Shown here piece by piece: positions 24,830 through 37,400 of a stretch of DNA of 64,000 bases. Source of the DNA: Antedon mediterranea (Eukaryota > Animalia > Echinodermata); the NCBI RefSeq assembly GCF_964355755.1, contig NC_092674.1, forward strand, positions 25,482,001 to 25,546,000. Reading direction: 5' to 3'. Position numbers and translations under genes: made by a program. The notes beneath the pieces were generated by a model. It was not told the DNA's origin. It saw nothing but the letters and a program-made list of their open reading frames with translations, and made no database searches. Numbering within the stretch: position 1 is the stretch's first letter; each line of letters starts with the position of its first letter.

Positions 24830-27720
24830 TGAGCATGGCATTAAAAAATAGTCGAAATTTTGCCATTTTTCAAACACATTTCCCAGTAAAGTACTATTAA
24901 GTACAGGTTTTTTGTAGAAAAATGTCAACAGTTCGACTGTTTAAAATAGGCATTGAGGTAACATGCGCAGTTCAGACCAGACCATATAATTGAATTTTGA
25001 AAAGTGCAATTTTTGCCATTAAAAAAAAAAAATCACTGTACTATACCCAAATTTTGACCCTTTTATTTTTTTACAAAACTGCTTACTACTATGCGTCTAT
25101 TATGAGATGATAATAATGCAATATACAGTACACGCATATATAGCAATATTATTGCATAATAATTGAATTTTGAAAGGTGCGTATTTTAGCCATTTTTCGA
25201 AAAAATCCCTTGAATAGTACAGGAAAATGTTTGAAAAATGGCCAATTTTCGACCGTTTTATTTGTTGACATAACTGCTTAATATAGCATAATTAACATGC
25301 GCAGAACCCATTATTCGACTCTGCGCATGTTTATTATGCTATATTAAGCAGTTATGTCAACAAATAAAACGGTCGAAAATTGGCCATTTTTCAAACATTT
25401 TCCTGTACTATTCAAGGGATTTTTTCGAAAAATGGCTAAAATACGCACCTTTCAAAATTCAATTATTATGTAATAGTAACCAGTTTTATCGAAAATAAAA
25501 ATGTCGAAATTTGGCTATGTTATGTAAAAATCTCTGTACTATTAGAGGAAACCCATTAAAGTGCACAACAATGGTGTTAATTGCACAGCAAGCTGTGTAA
25601 TGTTGTTGTTTTAAACATAAAATAATTTGGTACTGCCCTACGAATAATTGTCAATAATTATTTTAGTCAATAATTATTTTATTCAATACTCACTTAAACT
25701 TGTTTAGTTATTATTAGAGTATTAATTTTATTTCTGGAATATTTAGAATTAAATACCCCGGAGAGAGACTATTGAACACCATAATGATATTATTATTCAA
25801 TATTCTCCCTCTTAAATTAATACAGTACTTAAAACTAAAGTAAAAATACAAGAAACATGAAAAACAATTTTCGAAAATTTCCCTGTACTATAGTACAGGG
25901 ATTTTTCAAAAAATGGCAAATTTTCGACCTTTTTATTTTTCAATAAAACTGGTTACTATTACTATAGCACAATTGACATGCGCAGAACCCATTATTCGTC
26001 TCTGCGCATGTTTATTATGCAATAGTAACCATTTATGTCGAAAAATAAAAGGGTCGAAAATCAGCCATTTTTCGAAAATTTCCCTATACTATAGTACAGG
26101 AATTTTTTCGAAAAAAAAGGCGAATTTTCGACCTTTTTATTTTTCGATAAAACTGGTTACTATAGCACAATTAACATGCGCAGAACCTATTAGTCGACTC
26201 TGCGCATGTTTATTATGCTATAGTAACCATTTATGTCAAAAGGAACCACTTTTGACATAAATGGTTACTATAGCATAATGAACATGCGCAGTCGAATAAT
26301 GGGTTCTGCACATGTCAATTGTGCTATAGTAACCATTTATGTCAAATATGGTTTTATGATAGCACAATTGACATGCGCAGAACCTATTATTCGACTCTGC
26401 GCATGCTTATTATGCAATAGTAACCAATTACGTCAACAAATAAAAGGGTCGAAAATCGGCCATTTTTCGAAAATTTCCCTGTACTATAGTATATGAATTT
26501 TGTCAAAATTGGCCAATTTACGACCTTTTTATTTTTCGATAAAACTGGGTACTATCGCACAATTAACATGCGCAGAACCCATTAGTCGTCTCTGCGCATG
26601 TTTATTATGCAATAGTAACCATTTATGTCGAAAATCGGCCATTTTTCAAAAATTTTCCTGTACTATAGTATAGGAATTTTTTCAAAAAAAATGGCCAATT
26701 TACGACCTATTTATTTTTCGATAAAACTGGTTAATATCGCACAATTAACATGCGCAGAACCCATTAGTCGCCTCTGCGCATGTTTATTATGCTATAGTAA
26801 CCATTTATGTCAAATATAGTTATGATAGCACAATTGACATGCGCAGAACCCATTATTCGACTCTGCACATGTTTATTATGCAATAGTAACCATTTATGTC
26901 GAAAAATAAAAGGGTAGAAAATCGGCCATTTTTCAAAAATTTCCCTGTACTATAGTACAGGGATATTTTCCGAAAAGTGGCCAATTTTCGACCTTTTTAT
27001 TTATCGATAAAAGTGGTTACTATAGCACAATTAACATGCGCAGAACCCATTAGTCGACTCTGCGCATGTTTATTATGCTATAGTAACCATTTATGTCAAA
27101 AGTGGTTACTTTTGACATAAATGGTTACTATAGCATAATGAACATGCACAGAGTCGACTAATGGGTTCTGCACATGTCAATTGTACAGGGGTTTTTAAAA
27201 AAATGCCCAAATAATGACTCTTTTATTTTTTTTTAAACTGCTTACTGCCTCTATAAGATGATGATAATGTAATATATATACATATATAGCAATATTATTG
27301 CATAATAATAGAATTTTAAAAATTGATTATTTTGGCCATTTATCAAAAAATCCCTGTACATGGATTTTTTCAAAAAAACACCAATTCCTTGAAAAAAATG
27401 CTAAACTATGCGTCTATAAGATGATGATAATGTAATATCATTAATGTAATATCATAAATGTAATATCATAAAATATATACGCGATTGCAATATTATTGCA
27501 TAATAATTGAACTTTGAAAAGTGCTTATTTTGGGTATATATTTTAGGCATTTTTAAAAAAAATTACAAAATTTCGACCTTTTTATTCTTCGACAAAACTG
27601 GTTAATATGGCTCTATAAGATGATGCAAAGCAATATGCGCACATATAGCCATATTATCACATAATAATGGAATTTCAAAAAGTCAATATTTTGGGCATTT
27701 TTCGAAAAAATCTCTGTAGA
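24830..27720. repeat. Palindromic/foldback repeat field; near-perfect 316-bp palindrome at 25155-25470 and tandem hairpin units at about 25870-27190
   Basis: Recurrent acatgcgcagaacccattattcgactctgcgcatgt hairpins and cgaaaatttccctgtactatagtacaggga axes. Confidence 0.85.
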
Positions 27721-27969
27721 AAAAAAACTGTGATTTTAAAGGGGAATGTAGTTATAGCTCAATGTCCGACAGTAGTTTTTACTATTATTATTATTATTAT
27801 TCACTTTTATTTCAAATATCAAAAATTGACCAAAATTAAAACTCGTGGCTAAGAGCCAAATTGCGTGTAAAATACATGTCACAGCAAAAATATATATACA
27901 GTATAAAAAAATATAAAATAAAAAACAACAAAGAAGGGGAGAGCAGTCGCAAGCTCGCAAGGGAGAAAA

Positions 27970-28100
27970 TTAAGAATTTAATAATTTGATGAAGTAGGGT
28001 ATAGGGCTATTAGTAAATCTGGATGTTTTAGACGCTAGCTGGGTAATTTTGTCTCTCTCTACTAGATAGTCGTGTAGGGGCGTGCCGCGATTGTCTACAG
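27970..28100 (-). mobile_element. 3'-terminal fragment of a non-LTR retrotransposon ORF2
   Basis: KTSRFTNSPIPYFIKLLNS* resembles the RTxRFxNSxIPY C-terminal motif of invertebrate L2/CR1-like ORF2. Confidence 0.45.
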
Positions 28101-28405
28101 TATAGTTTGAAAGAGACAATAACACCACAGAATTTATTGTTGTTAGAACAAATAGCACATTTTAAAAAATAGTTATAACTTTGGCAACTTTTATTTTATT
28201 CATCTCTATATAAAAAGTTTCCAAGAAGCCTACTTTTAAAAAAAATATTAGTAAAATAGACAATACAGTAGAACCTCCTTTTTTGGGACATCCAAATTAT
28301 ATTCTATAATTGAAAATAATGTCAAAACTAAACAAGTTAAAATTCTATAACAAATTTAAAATCCTGTATTAGCAAATAATTAGAAGAGCACATGTATCTA
28401 TAAGA

Positions 28406-31400
28406 CTAAGAGAACATGGCAAATATTGGCACATACGATTGAGAGTTGATTCGACTAAAAGTCTGCCATGGAGAGGTTTGGCCTGTTGTTGGTGATGGTA
28501 ATTCCTCTAGGAGCATTCCTCACGACACTATCGGACGGAAAATCACATCGTACAGCTTTTCCATGTAGTGTTGGTACTGGGACTTCCTGGAAAGATAACT
28601 TGTATTGTTAAAATGGTTCTAGTAGAATAGAAATTGTTCACGACTGTGCTAAAACACTATAGATATAAACCTTTAGATTTGGAAAGACAGGGCTATGGAA
28701 TATACAGTAGTATAGTAAATACTTACCTTTTTAAATCTCATTGCTCAAAATGTTATACATGTACTGGCCCCATCAGGTCCATCTACCTACCTGGATCTAG
28801 CTGGATTTCAAGACTTAAAGCATTAATGCTTCTTCTCTTGACTAGAACATATTTTTCTTTGATTCATATGGGCTGTGTTTTAATGAGTTATTAGACCAGT
28901 GCTTTTTTAGTGCAGTTTTAAATTGGTTTAGATTTTGATATTCAAATAATATAGGGTTCCTTCAAAGACTACCATTTCCACGCCGTGGGAACTAAAATAT
29001 TTATTTGACCAATTGTGTGTTTATTTAACTTAGAAATTTTGTCTGTAGAATTTTAATTGGAAATAAATTGATTTATGAAAAATAAATTCTTGTTATTACC
29101 TCTGGTTTTTTAAATTTGTCAATTAATTGTCGATAAGACTTCATGGTCTCTCCTCTGCCTCTTCCTCTACCTGGAGACGCCATCATTCCTGTAAAGCCAG
29201 GAGAATCTGCTCTATGATTGACAGTTCTTTTGCCACTTACAGCACTTGCATATGACGAGACGTTTGGTATGGCATCCTCCATGCTTCCCTCCGACGAAAT
29301 CAATGGCGGAGGAGTCAGCGTATTTGTTTGGAGGTCTCTAGATATGCTTTTAAGTGTCAATGTACTAATCTGTGCCGTTACTTTTTGCTCCGAGGTCACA
29401 AGAGCTTCCCTTTTTATGCTGTTCGAGAGCACTCTGTACGGTGATGACGTTTTCAAGGAATGTGCTTTATATGGAGAACTGCTTGTACTAGTTGAAGTAA
29501 TTTCGTTGTCCGAAGAAGAGGGAAGGGTTGATGATGACAGATTGTCCAAGAGGTCTTCATCAGGTATTCGCAAGTGTCTATTTACTATAGGGATTCTTAT
29601 TTCTTGTTTGTTTCTTTCTGTGTCAGTGGTTGTGTTTCTCATGTGTTGTTTGCTGCTAGGTTTTCTTGAATCCTGACTACGACAATATTTGCTGTCACTA
29701 TAAGCAGAATCATTTGCAGCAGATGTGTGTTCTTCTTGCATTTCTGTGGCATAAACATAAGAGATTTGTTTCTAGAGACAAAAAGTTATTAAAATACAAT
29801 TCAACAAATGTGGCTAAAATGTTAAAAAGTGTTCCAAGTTTAAAATACAAAAATGTTGGTTTTCTATTCGTATTGCATTTCTGATTGTTGTTGTTTTACC
29901 TTTAACTTGATATGCTTATGTTGTAATAAATAGATGTAACTTTTCTTGTTTAATTAATTTATTTTTATCTTTCATAATTTGTTGTACAAGTTATTTAAAA
30001 CAGTTACATTACATCCTAATAATTTTGTTGCTATTTTATAGAGATTATTAGAAATTTATAGAGGTCATTATTAGTTTTACTTTTACTAAATAGATTTACT
30101 TACTTCTGTACCATGAAAATTTCTCGTTATCATCATCATCATGAAATTGTCTGCCTTCCTTCCAATCAGCCCTGCTCCAGAAGTTTTGCTGACCTACGAC
30201 ATCCCTATCGAAATAACATTCGGTGGTCTCGTCTTGTTGCGATTGTGGAGGAACATTTTGGAATGTAGTGTTGACGGATTTCGGCACACTTGCAAATGCA
30301 GAAACCTGTTTTATATGAAATAAAAAATTATCAATAAATTTGATACATTGCTTTAGATTCATTAAAGAAAGACAAGGACATACTGTATTAATCTTACCAG
30401 CCGACAAGGGGAGGGCAACAGTGATTCTAAACAAAGTTGATTATATAAAAAAACTCCAAGGGATGCTCAATGACGATAAGGTATACCAAGCCTTAAACCA
30501 CAACCCTACCAAAAGATACAAAACACAGTATGTTAAAATATTAAAACGGCTCCTAGATGAAAAGAAAATTAGCAATAAAGAGAAAGCTACTTTATTCCCA
30601 ACTGAAGAAATCACACCAAGGTTATACTGTTTACCCAAAATCCACAAACCTGATGTTCCACTACGACCTATTGTGGATTGCATAAACACCATCTACTATA
30701 ACTTGGGGAAAAAATTAGCTGAAATCCTCTTTCCGTTGGTTGGCACCTCATGCCACCACGTCGACAATTCAAAACAACTAGTTGAGGAACTAATCACGCT
30801 TGACATTCCTGAAAATCACACATTTGTCTCGTTTGACGTTGTGTCTCTTTTCACAAAAACCCCCTCCAAAGAAGCAATAGCAATAGTAGAAAGGAGACTT
30901 TCACAAGATAAGACACTGAAAAAACGCACAAACATGGTCATTAGAGATATAATACATTTACTATCACTTGTTATCAATACCACTTATTTCAGCTTCCAGG
31001 ACAAAATATATAAACAGATTGGCGGTATTGCCATGGGCAGTCCCATCAGCCCGATCGTTGCAAATTTGTATCTGGAGGATTTAGAAGAAAAAGCACTGCA
31101 AACAGCACCAAACGGAATGAAGCCAACATATTGGAAAAGGTATGTTGACGACATATTAGCTCTCATTCCAGAAGGATCAGCGGAACATCTTAACTCACAC
31201 TTAAACACAATTGACAAAACAGGTAACATAAAATTTACAACTGAGCATATGTCTAACAATACATTACCTTTCTTAGACATCATAATTACACTAAACAATG
31301 GTTAACACTCTGGTTGACAGATGTGAAAAAGTTGTCACTAAAAAAGACGAGAAACTAACAGAAATGAAAAAGATCAAACATGCGCTCGTTGGGTGCGAGT

Positions 31401-34400
31401 GCCCTAATTGGTCCATGGACAAGATAATCCAAAAAAGATCGGAGAAAGGAAAACAAAATGTCAAACAAAAAACAAAAGATACAACCAACAAAAACAAAGG
31501 TAACAATAGGGATACCTTACATACCAAGAATATCAGAAAGAATTAGACGCTGCTTATCTAGTTACAATGTCAACACTTATTTTACTCCACAAAACAAATT
31601 AAGAAATCTTTTAGTTCACCCAAAAGACAAAATAAAAAATGATCACAAATCTGGTGTAATATACCAAGTAAATTGCAACAACTGCGAAAAAGCATATATA
31701 GGAGAAACAGCCAGAACCTTATCCACAAGGATAAAAGAACACAAAGCAGATGTCACTTCACATTGTACAGGGATCCTAACACGTTCAGCCAGAAATTCAG
31801 CTTCAGAAATTGTTCACAACTCAGCCATCACCGATCACATGACCACTCACACTCATTTACCAAATTGGAACGTAAAAATACTGGGCACAGAATCGTCATG
31901 GAAAGAAAGGAAAATAAAAGAATCAATAAAAATAAGAAAACATGGTAACACTATGAACAGAGACGACGGCGGTTTGGAACTCCCAAATTTGTACAACAAC
32001 TTACTAAAGAGGAGGCCCCGACAATCCCATTTGGGAAAACCTGAACGATCTATAGATGGCACTATACCATATACGAGATCTAATGGTAACAAGTCCAAGT
32101 CACAGAGACTCACTCATGATTAAGCTGCGTCGTTGACCAGCGAAAGCTAGAGTAAAAAACGTAAGTTTACGAATTTTATTCGACTTTGGATCATCCAAAA
32201 GAAAATTTAATAAACAATATATGTGTTACGACAGTTAAGCGAGTAAAAATCTTCATTACAAGTCAGAAACCTAAAGTCACTATATTACATTAAACTGTAG
32301 TTGAAGAATAAATAAATTATTAAAAACAAATATTTTTGAAATTTTTGTTTGTTTTTATTGAAAATTATTAAGGTTTAAAATGACTACTTCAATAATAAGC
32401 CTATTCCAAACCATTGGTGACCTTGGAGTCACTCAGGCAGGTTGAACGCATTTTTGGTTGGCTAGCAACCATGCAGCGCCACCTACCATTGTGACATCAG
32501 CACTGCAGAACTCTATGTGCCCAATGGTAGTGATATGCCAAAAAATGATTGTGATATTACCTTTTTGTCAAGCTGTTTTGATAGTGTAAGCTCTGTCTAC
32601 ACTATCAAATTTTATGTTACACCTGTATATGTGGGTGGTGTATATTGAAATAGAAAATTGAAAGCAAATGTATACATGCCCTTTCTTTTTCTCTTGTGCA
32701 GGTCTTATCTCTCCAGACACTTAAATATTCGTTAACACCCGTTCTAAAGTCGTTCATCATATAATGCGTCAGCATCCTACGTAACGTTAGAAGGCTTCTC
32801 ACTTTAAAATCTGCATATTTTATTAGTTGGTTATCTAGCGGCCGCTCTTCCCAAAGTCCAGGATCACCCTATGAATAAAGCATAAATACATATTTTATTT
32901 TATTTTGGTCTTTTCTTACTTGTGATATTTGACCCTTTACATGTGAGGATCAAGAAAACCTCCTTAGAGAAAAATAATCCTAAAAGATACTTATTGTCTA
33001 CAGCGAAATACTTTGTAGTTATTGGAAATATCTTCAAACTTTAAAAGATAGTGAGAAAAAATTCTTTAAATTTAAGCTAAGCCCTCTTTTTGACACGTAG
33101 GTAAATTGAAATACTATTTAAGCTAAATATCTCATTTAGATTTGACAGTTAAATACTACTACAGGTACATGGTTGAAAAAAAAAAAAATTATCTGTTAAT
33201 TTTTTAAACTAGATGGCACGCTCGCTTCGCTCGCGTACCATCTAGGGGTGCTCACAGATGGTTTCTCGAATACAGTAGGGAGAATCTACGGACGGGGACT
33301 TTTTTGGGACACTAAACAAAAACGGAAGTGTCCCCCTAATTCAGAAATAGAGACAACAAAACCAATACTGGATTCCATAAAGGACAATTAATTTATGTGG
33401 ATTAAAGAAATTAGGGAGAAATGGAAATGTATGTACGGGAATTGGGCGGCACGTGGTGGTGGTGATGGAACCGCAGTAATAAAGTTGATTGTATTTATAT
33501 ATTATAAGAACCAAACTAAATAAATAGACCTAGACATTCTGCGAAATGGAAATCGGAAATTCAAGCTCCTATTCAGTGAAAAATTAAACTGTAGTCTACC
33601 TAAATATTTAGGGCAAATCATCGGTTGTGGTGTTGAAATTCCTGTAAACATTTGTGTGAACCAAACTGGGTCGAATTTCTGTCATGAGTACTGATTTGTT
33701 GGCCTGTGATTTATGACGCCTAAGGGATCTATCTAGACTTATTTTTTAGAATAATGTACGTACCTGTCAGATACAATTGTCTTGTGTCGTATAATAAATA
33801 AGTACTGTAATAGTTACTGAAGTTACTATTACAATCTCGTCAATGAAAACACGAAAATGTATATGCACTTACTTATGAAAACGTATACAGTATTATACTC
33901 AGTTATTGAAACAGTATGTTTTAAAAAAAGTTTCGTTTGTCTGTAAAATGATGTAATCAAGCTGTTTACATGAGTCTTAATTTATAAGCACATCAATAAT
34001 AAAATAGTTTATCTATCCTGTAATTGGCGAGATTATGGTCGCTGTTGAATGAAATAAAGCCAATCGGTATCATATTTGTACAGAAACGTTTTCGCGGCCG
34101 AAGGGTGTAACCTAAATTCGTTGTATTATCGTCAAAAACTAACTGTAACTAAACTTACATAGAAAGTAGGGTATCATAAATTTGGCCTTAGCACTCGGGG
34201 GAGTGGCTAAGATGAAGTCCGTGGGACTACTAAATATAAATTGTAATGAACCTCGAGGGACATAAATAGGAATATTTCATGTTTCATTATCAATGTATAA
34301 TAAATGGAAACTGTTTACCGATTCAAATAATAGAAATTGGTTTTTAACATATTCCGAACCTATTGCAAGTTTATTCTCAAAGGGCCCATATATTTACCTA

Positions 34401-37400
34401 CCGTATGTGTTAAACCAAGGGCTCATAAATTTACCTACAGTACTTGTGTTAAACCAAACTCTGGCAGACTGAGAGATTGGGATGTTCCATTCATCGCAAA
34501 TCAATACATTTGTATAATCGTATATTAAATCTATCAAAATAGTATTTTTTAAAGAAAATCGGCCTGTCTTCAACATTATGATGGTGTACTCTAGCAATCT
34601 ATCAAAATAGTATTTTTTAAAGAAAATCGGCCTGTCTTCAACATTATGATGGTGTACTCTAGCTGTTCAACCGGTTTTCAGCTATTAAAAACAATTATCG
34701 TAGGAGGAGATAGGAAAATGCGAAGCCTCCTCGCTATGTAACATTAGGGTTGAGGGATGGGAAAGCGGATAGGTACAAAGAGGAACAATTTTTAAATATA
34801 TTCTTTATCCACTGAGTAACGAAATATTTTGTTCATGTTTTATAGGCCTATAAATAATATACCTCTAAATACAGTAGGCCTAAAACATTTGCGATTTAAT
34901 ACTTTGTTAAAACTGTCACTGTCATAATCGATTGAAATATTAAAGTACATGTCACGATACACCACTACGACGTTTATATTTTTGGTAATTATTAATTAAT
35001 ACAAACGTTGAGAAGGAACTGTCAGTATAAAGTTTATTTGTATATCTAACAGTAGAGCCTATCCACAGTCTCAGTAATAAAGTTTATTTGTATATATTTT
35101 TATATTACATCTAACAGTACGAACATTCACAGTAAGAAATGTTCGATTCAAATGAAAAATAGTTAATAGGTATTTACAGTATTGTCAAAGTATTGCAAGT
35201 TTATTCTCAAAGGGCCCATATATTTACCTACCGTATGTGTTAAACCAAGGGCTCATAAATTTACCTACAGTACTTGTGTTAAACCAACTCTGGCAGACTG
35301 AGAGATTGGGATGTTCCATTCATCGCAAATCAATACATTTGTATAATCGTATATTAAATCTATCAAAATAGTATTTTTTAAAGAAAATCGGCCTGTCTTC
35401 AACATTATGATGGTGTACTCTAGCTGTTCAACCGGTTTTCAGCTATTAAAAACAATTATCGTAGGAGGAGATAGAAAAATGCGAAGCCTCCTCGCATTTT
35501 TTTGGCGGGTATTTTTCAAGATGGACATCCATTAGACAGTGTATACCACGATCGGAAAACACCCCTATTTGGGGCAAATCGTTGAACCTAAATTCGTTTT
35601 AATCGTCAATAACTAATTATCTAACTCAATTTAATTAGTAAACAGGGTTACATCAGGCGGTTAAAATCAGTACCGAAAGTACGAACCAACTTTACATACC
35701 ATCGAGTGAAAATTCTAGAAGTAAGGCGCGATTTACCGAATTTTGCCCTTACGTAAATTTATATATAGATAATAACAAAATAAAGTGTGCATGATCAAAC
35801 ATTACCAAACAACCAAGTGCCCAATCACAACGCAACAATTTGTCCTTTAGGATAAAGTTTAAAAATTATCGCATCTATCCGATAATAATCTGCTTTGAAT
35901 GAGATGACAATACTCTAGATTGGAATTGTTAAACCGCATTTCCACAGGAATTTTATCGGTTAATTTTTTGCTGCGAAAACACGGCCTTAGGCTAATCTTA
36001 ATTATTCCTCCATGGGTGTAGTGTGTACAAAAAAAGTTTTGATTACCTTGGTGCGCTTTTCGTGAATTAACATAAAGCTTATATCTTCCTGCTCTACATT
36101 ATCCATGTATTCCATCATGCATATCGGTAGTGTCTTGATTAATCTTGGTAATCTTCCCTGATTGTTGCGCTTAAATACAACAACATCAGCAACCTAAAAA
36201 AACCCCAAACAAATTCAGAATTGTGCCATGTTAATAATCTACATTATTAATAATTAATCAATATTTGTTGTGTTACATTGCCTATCTATGACCATGGAAC
36301 CAGAACCAAACATGGCATACTGTAGCCAGTTTAACATGCCTCTTTCAAGCATGAAATGTAGTGCAAAGTAAGCTAGCCTAGCGTTTACAGTTCTACAAAT
36401 CATCACCAAGCTGTACATGGTCAGCTAGCATACCTCATCATACTGTGCATTGTAAGCTAGCATACTGTACCTAACTCCCACCTACATAATAGTATTTACC
36501 TGTGTGTCAAATATGCTTTTTAAGGTCAAACCATACTCATGATAAACAAGATCAGATATTGGACGACAATCATGAATAACCTGCATAAAAATATATAAAA
36601 GTCACCATAATACAAAAATCATTAAGAAAGCATGAAACACAACAATGCCAATAAATAGCCAACACAGTAACTATCCGCATGGTACGTGCTGAGAATAATT
36701 TACACACAGTTCCATGATTCTATATTGGAAAGTTTTACTTGATAAGCAGTCTGCCACAACACTACTGTGGCTAAGAGGGTAAAGCGTACCTCATACTAAG
36801 CAAATAACCTAAATAATACAGATAATAAAATATTATTTTTCTGATTTCATGTGTGGATAATTTACTTCAATCTCTTTCTTCCTCTTACCTTTTCAATGTG
36901 TTCACTTTCCAGAATATCCCCTAACCCATTGCCAAATGCCTTCCTACCAATACAACCAATATCAAAAATATATAGTCTGTCTGTAGTAGAGAACTGAAGG
37001 AAAAATTAAAAAACTTTACAATTATACAGTAATGCAGTTATATAACTTATATAACACACCTGCTTGTATTCCTGCAATTTGATTCGACATTAGTTCTAAC
37101 GGAAAAATGATAATTAATTCTTTCTAATGCATGTTCGGCTTCTGTCAATATTTTGTAGTGCGCGCCGTCTATAACTGTTACTCCGCGTCAAAAGTTGGAG
37201 CAATGCATTTTTTAATGGCCTTACTAAGTCAATATTTCAAGGTTATACTGTATACTGTACAATTTTTTACCTGTACAAGTGAAAGTTTTCCATTTCTTCC
37301 AATATCAATACCCTCCATTGCCAAACCAATCACACTCTCCTTCTGTAAATTTTCCACCTGTGAAAAAAACAAAAGGAGAAAAGTTTCTTTAAAAAACAAC

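Noticed and set aside
25913-26819. ORFs with repeated AQLTCAEPI motifs
   Set aside because: Translations of the palindromic repeat units.
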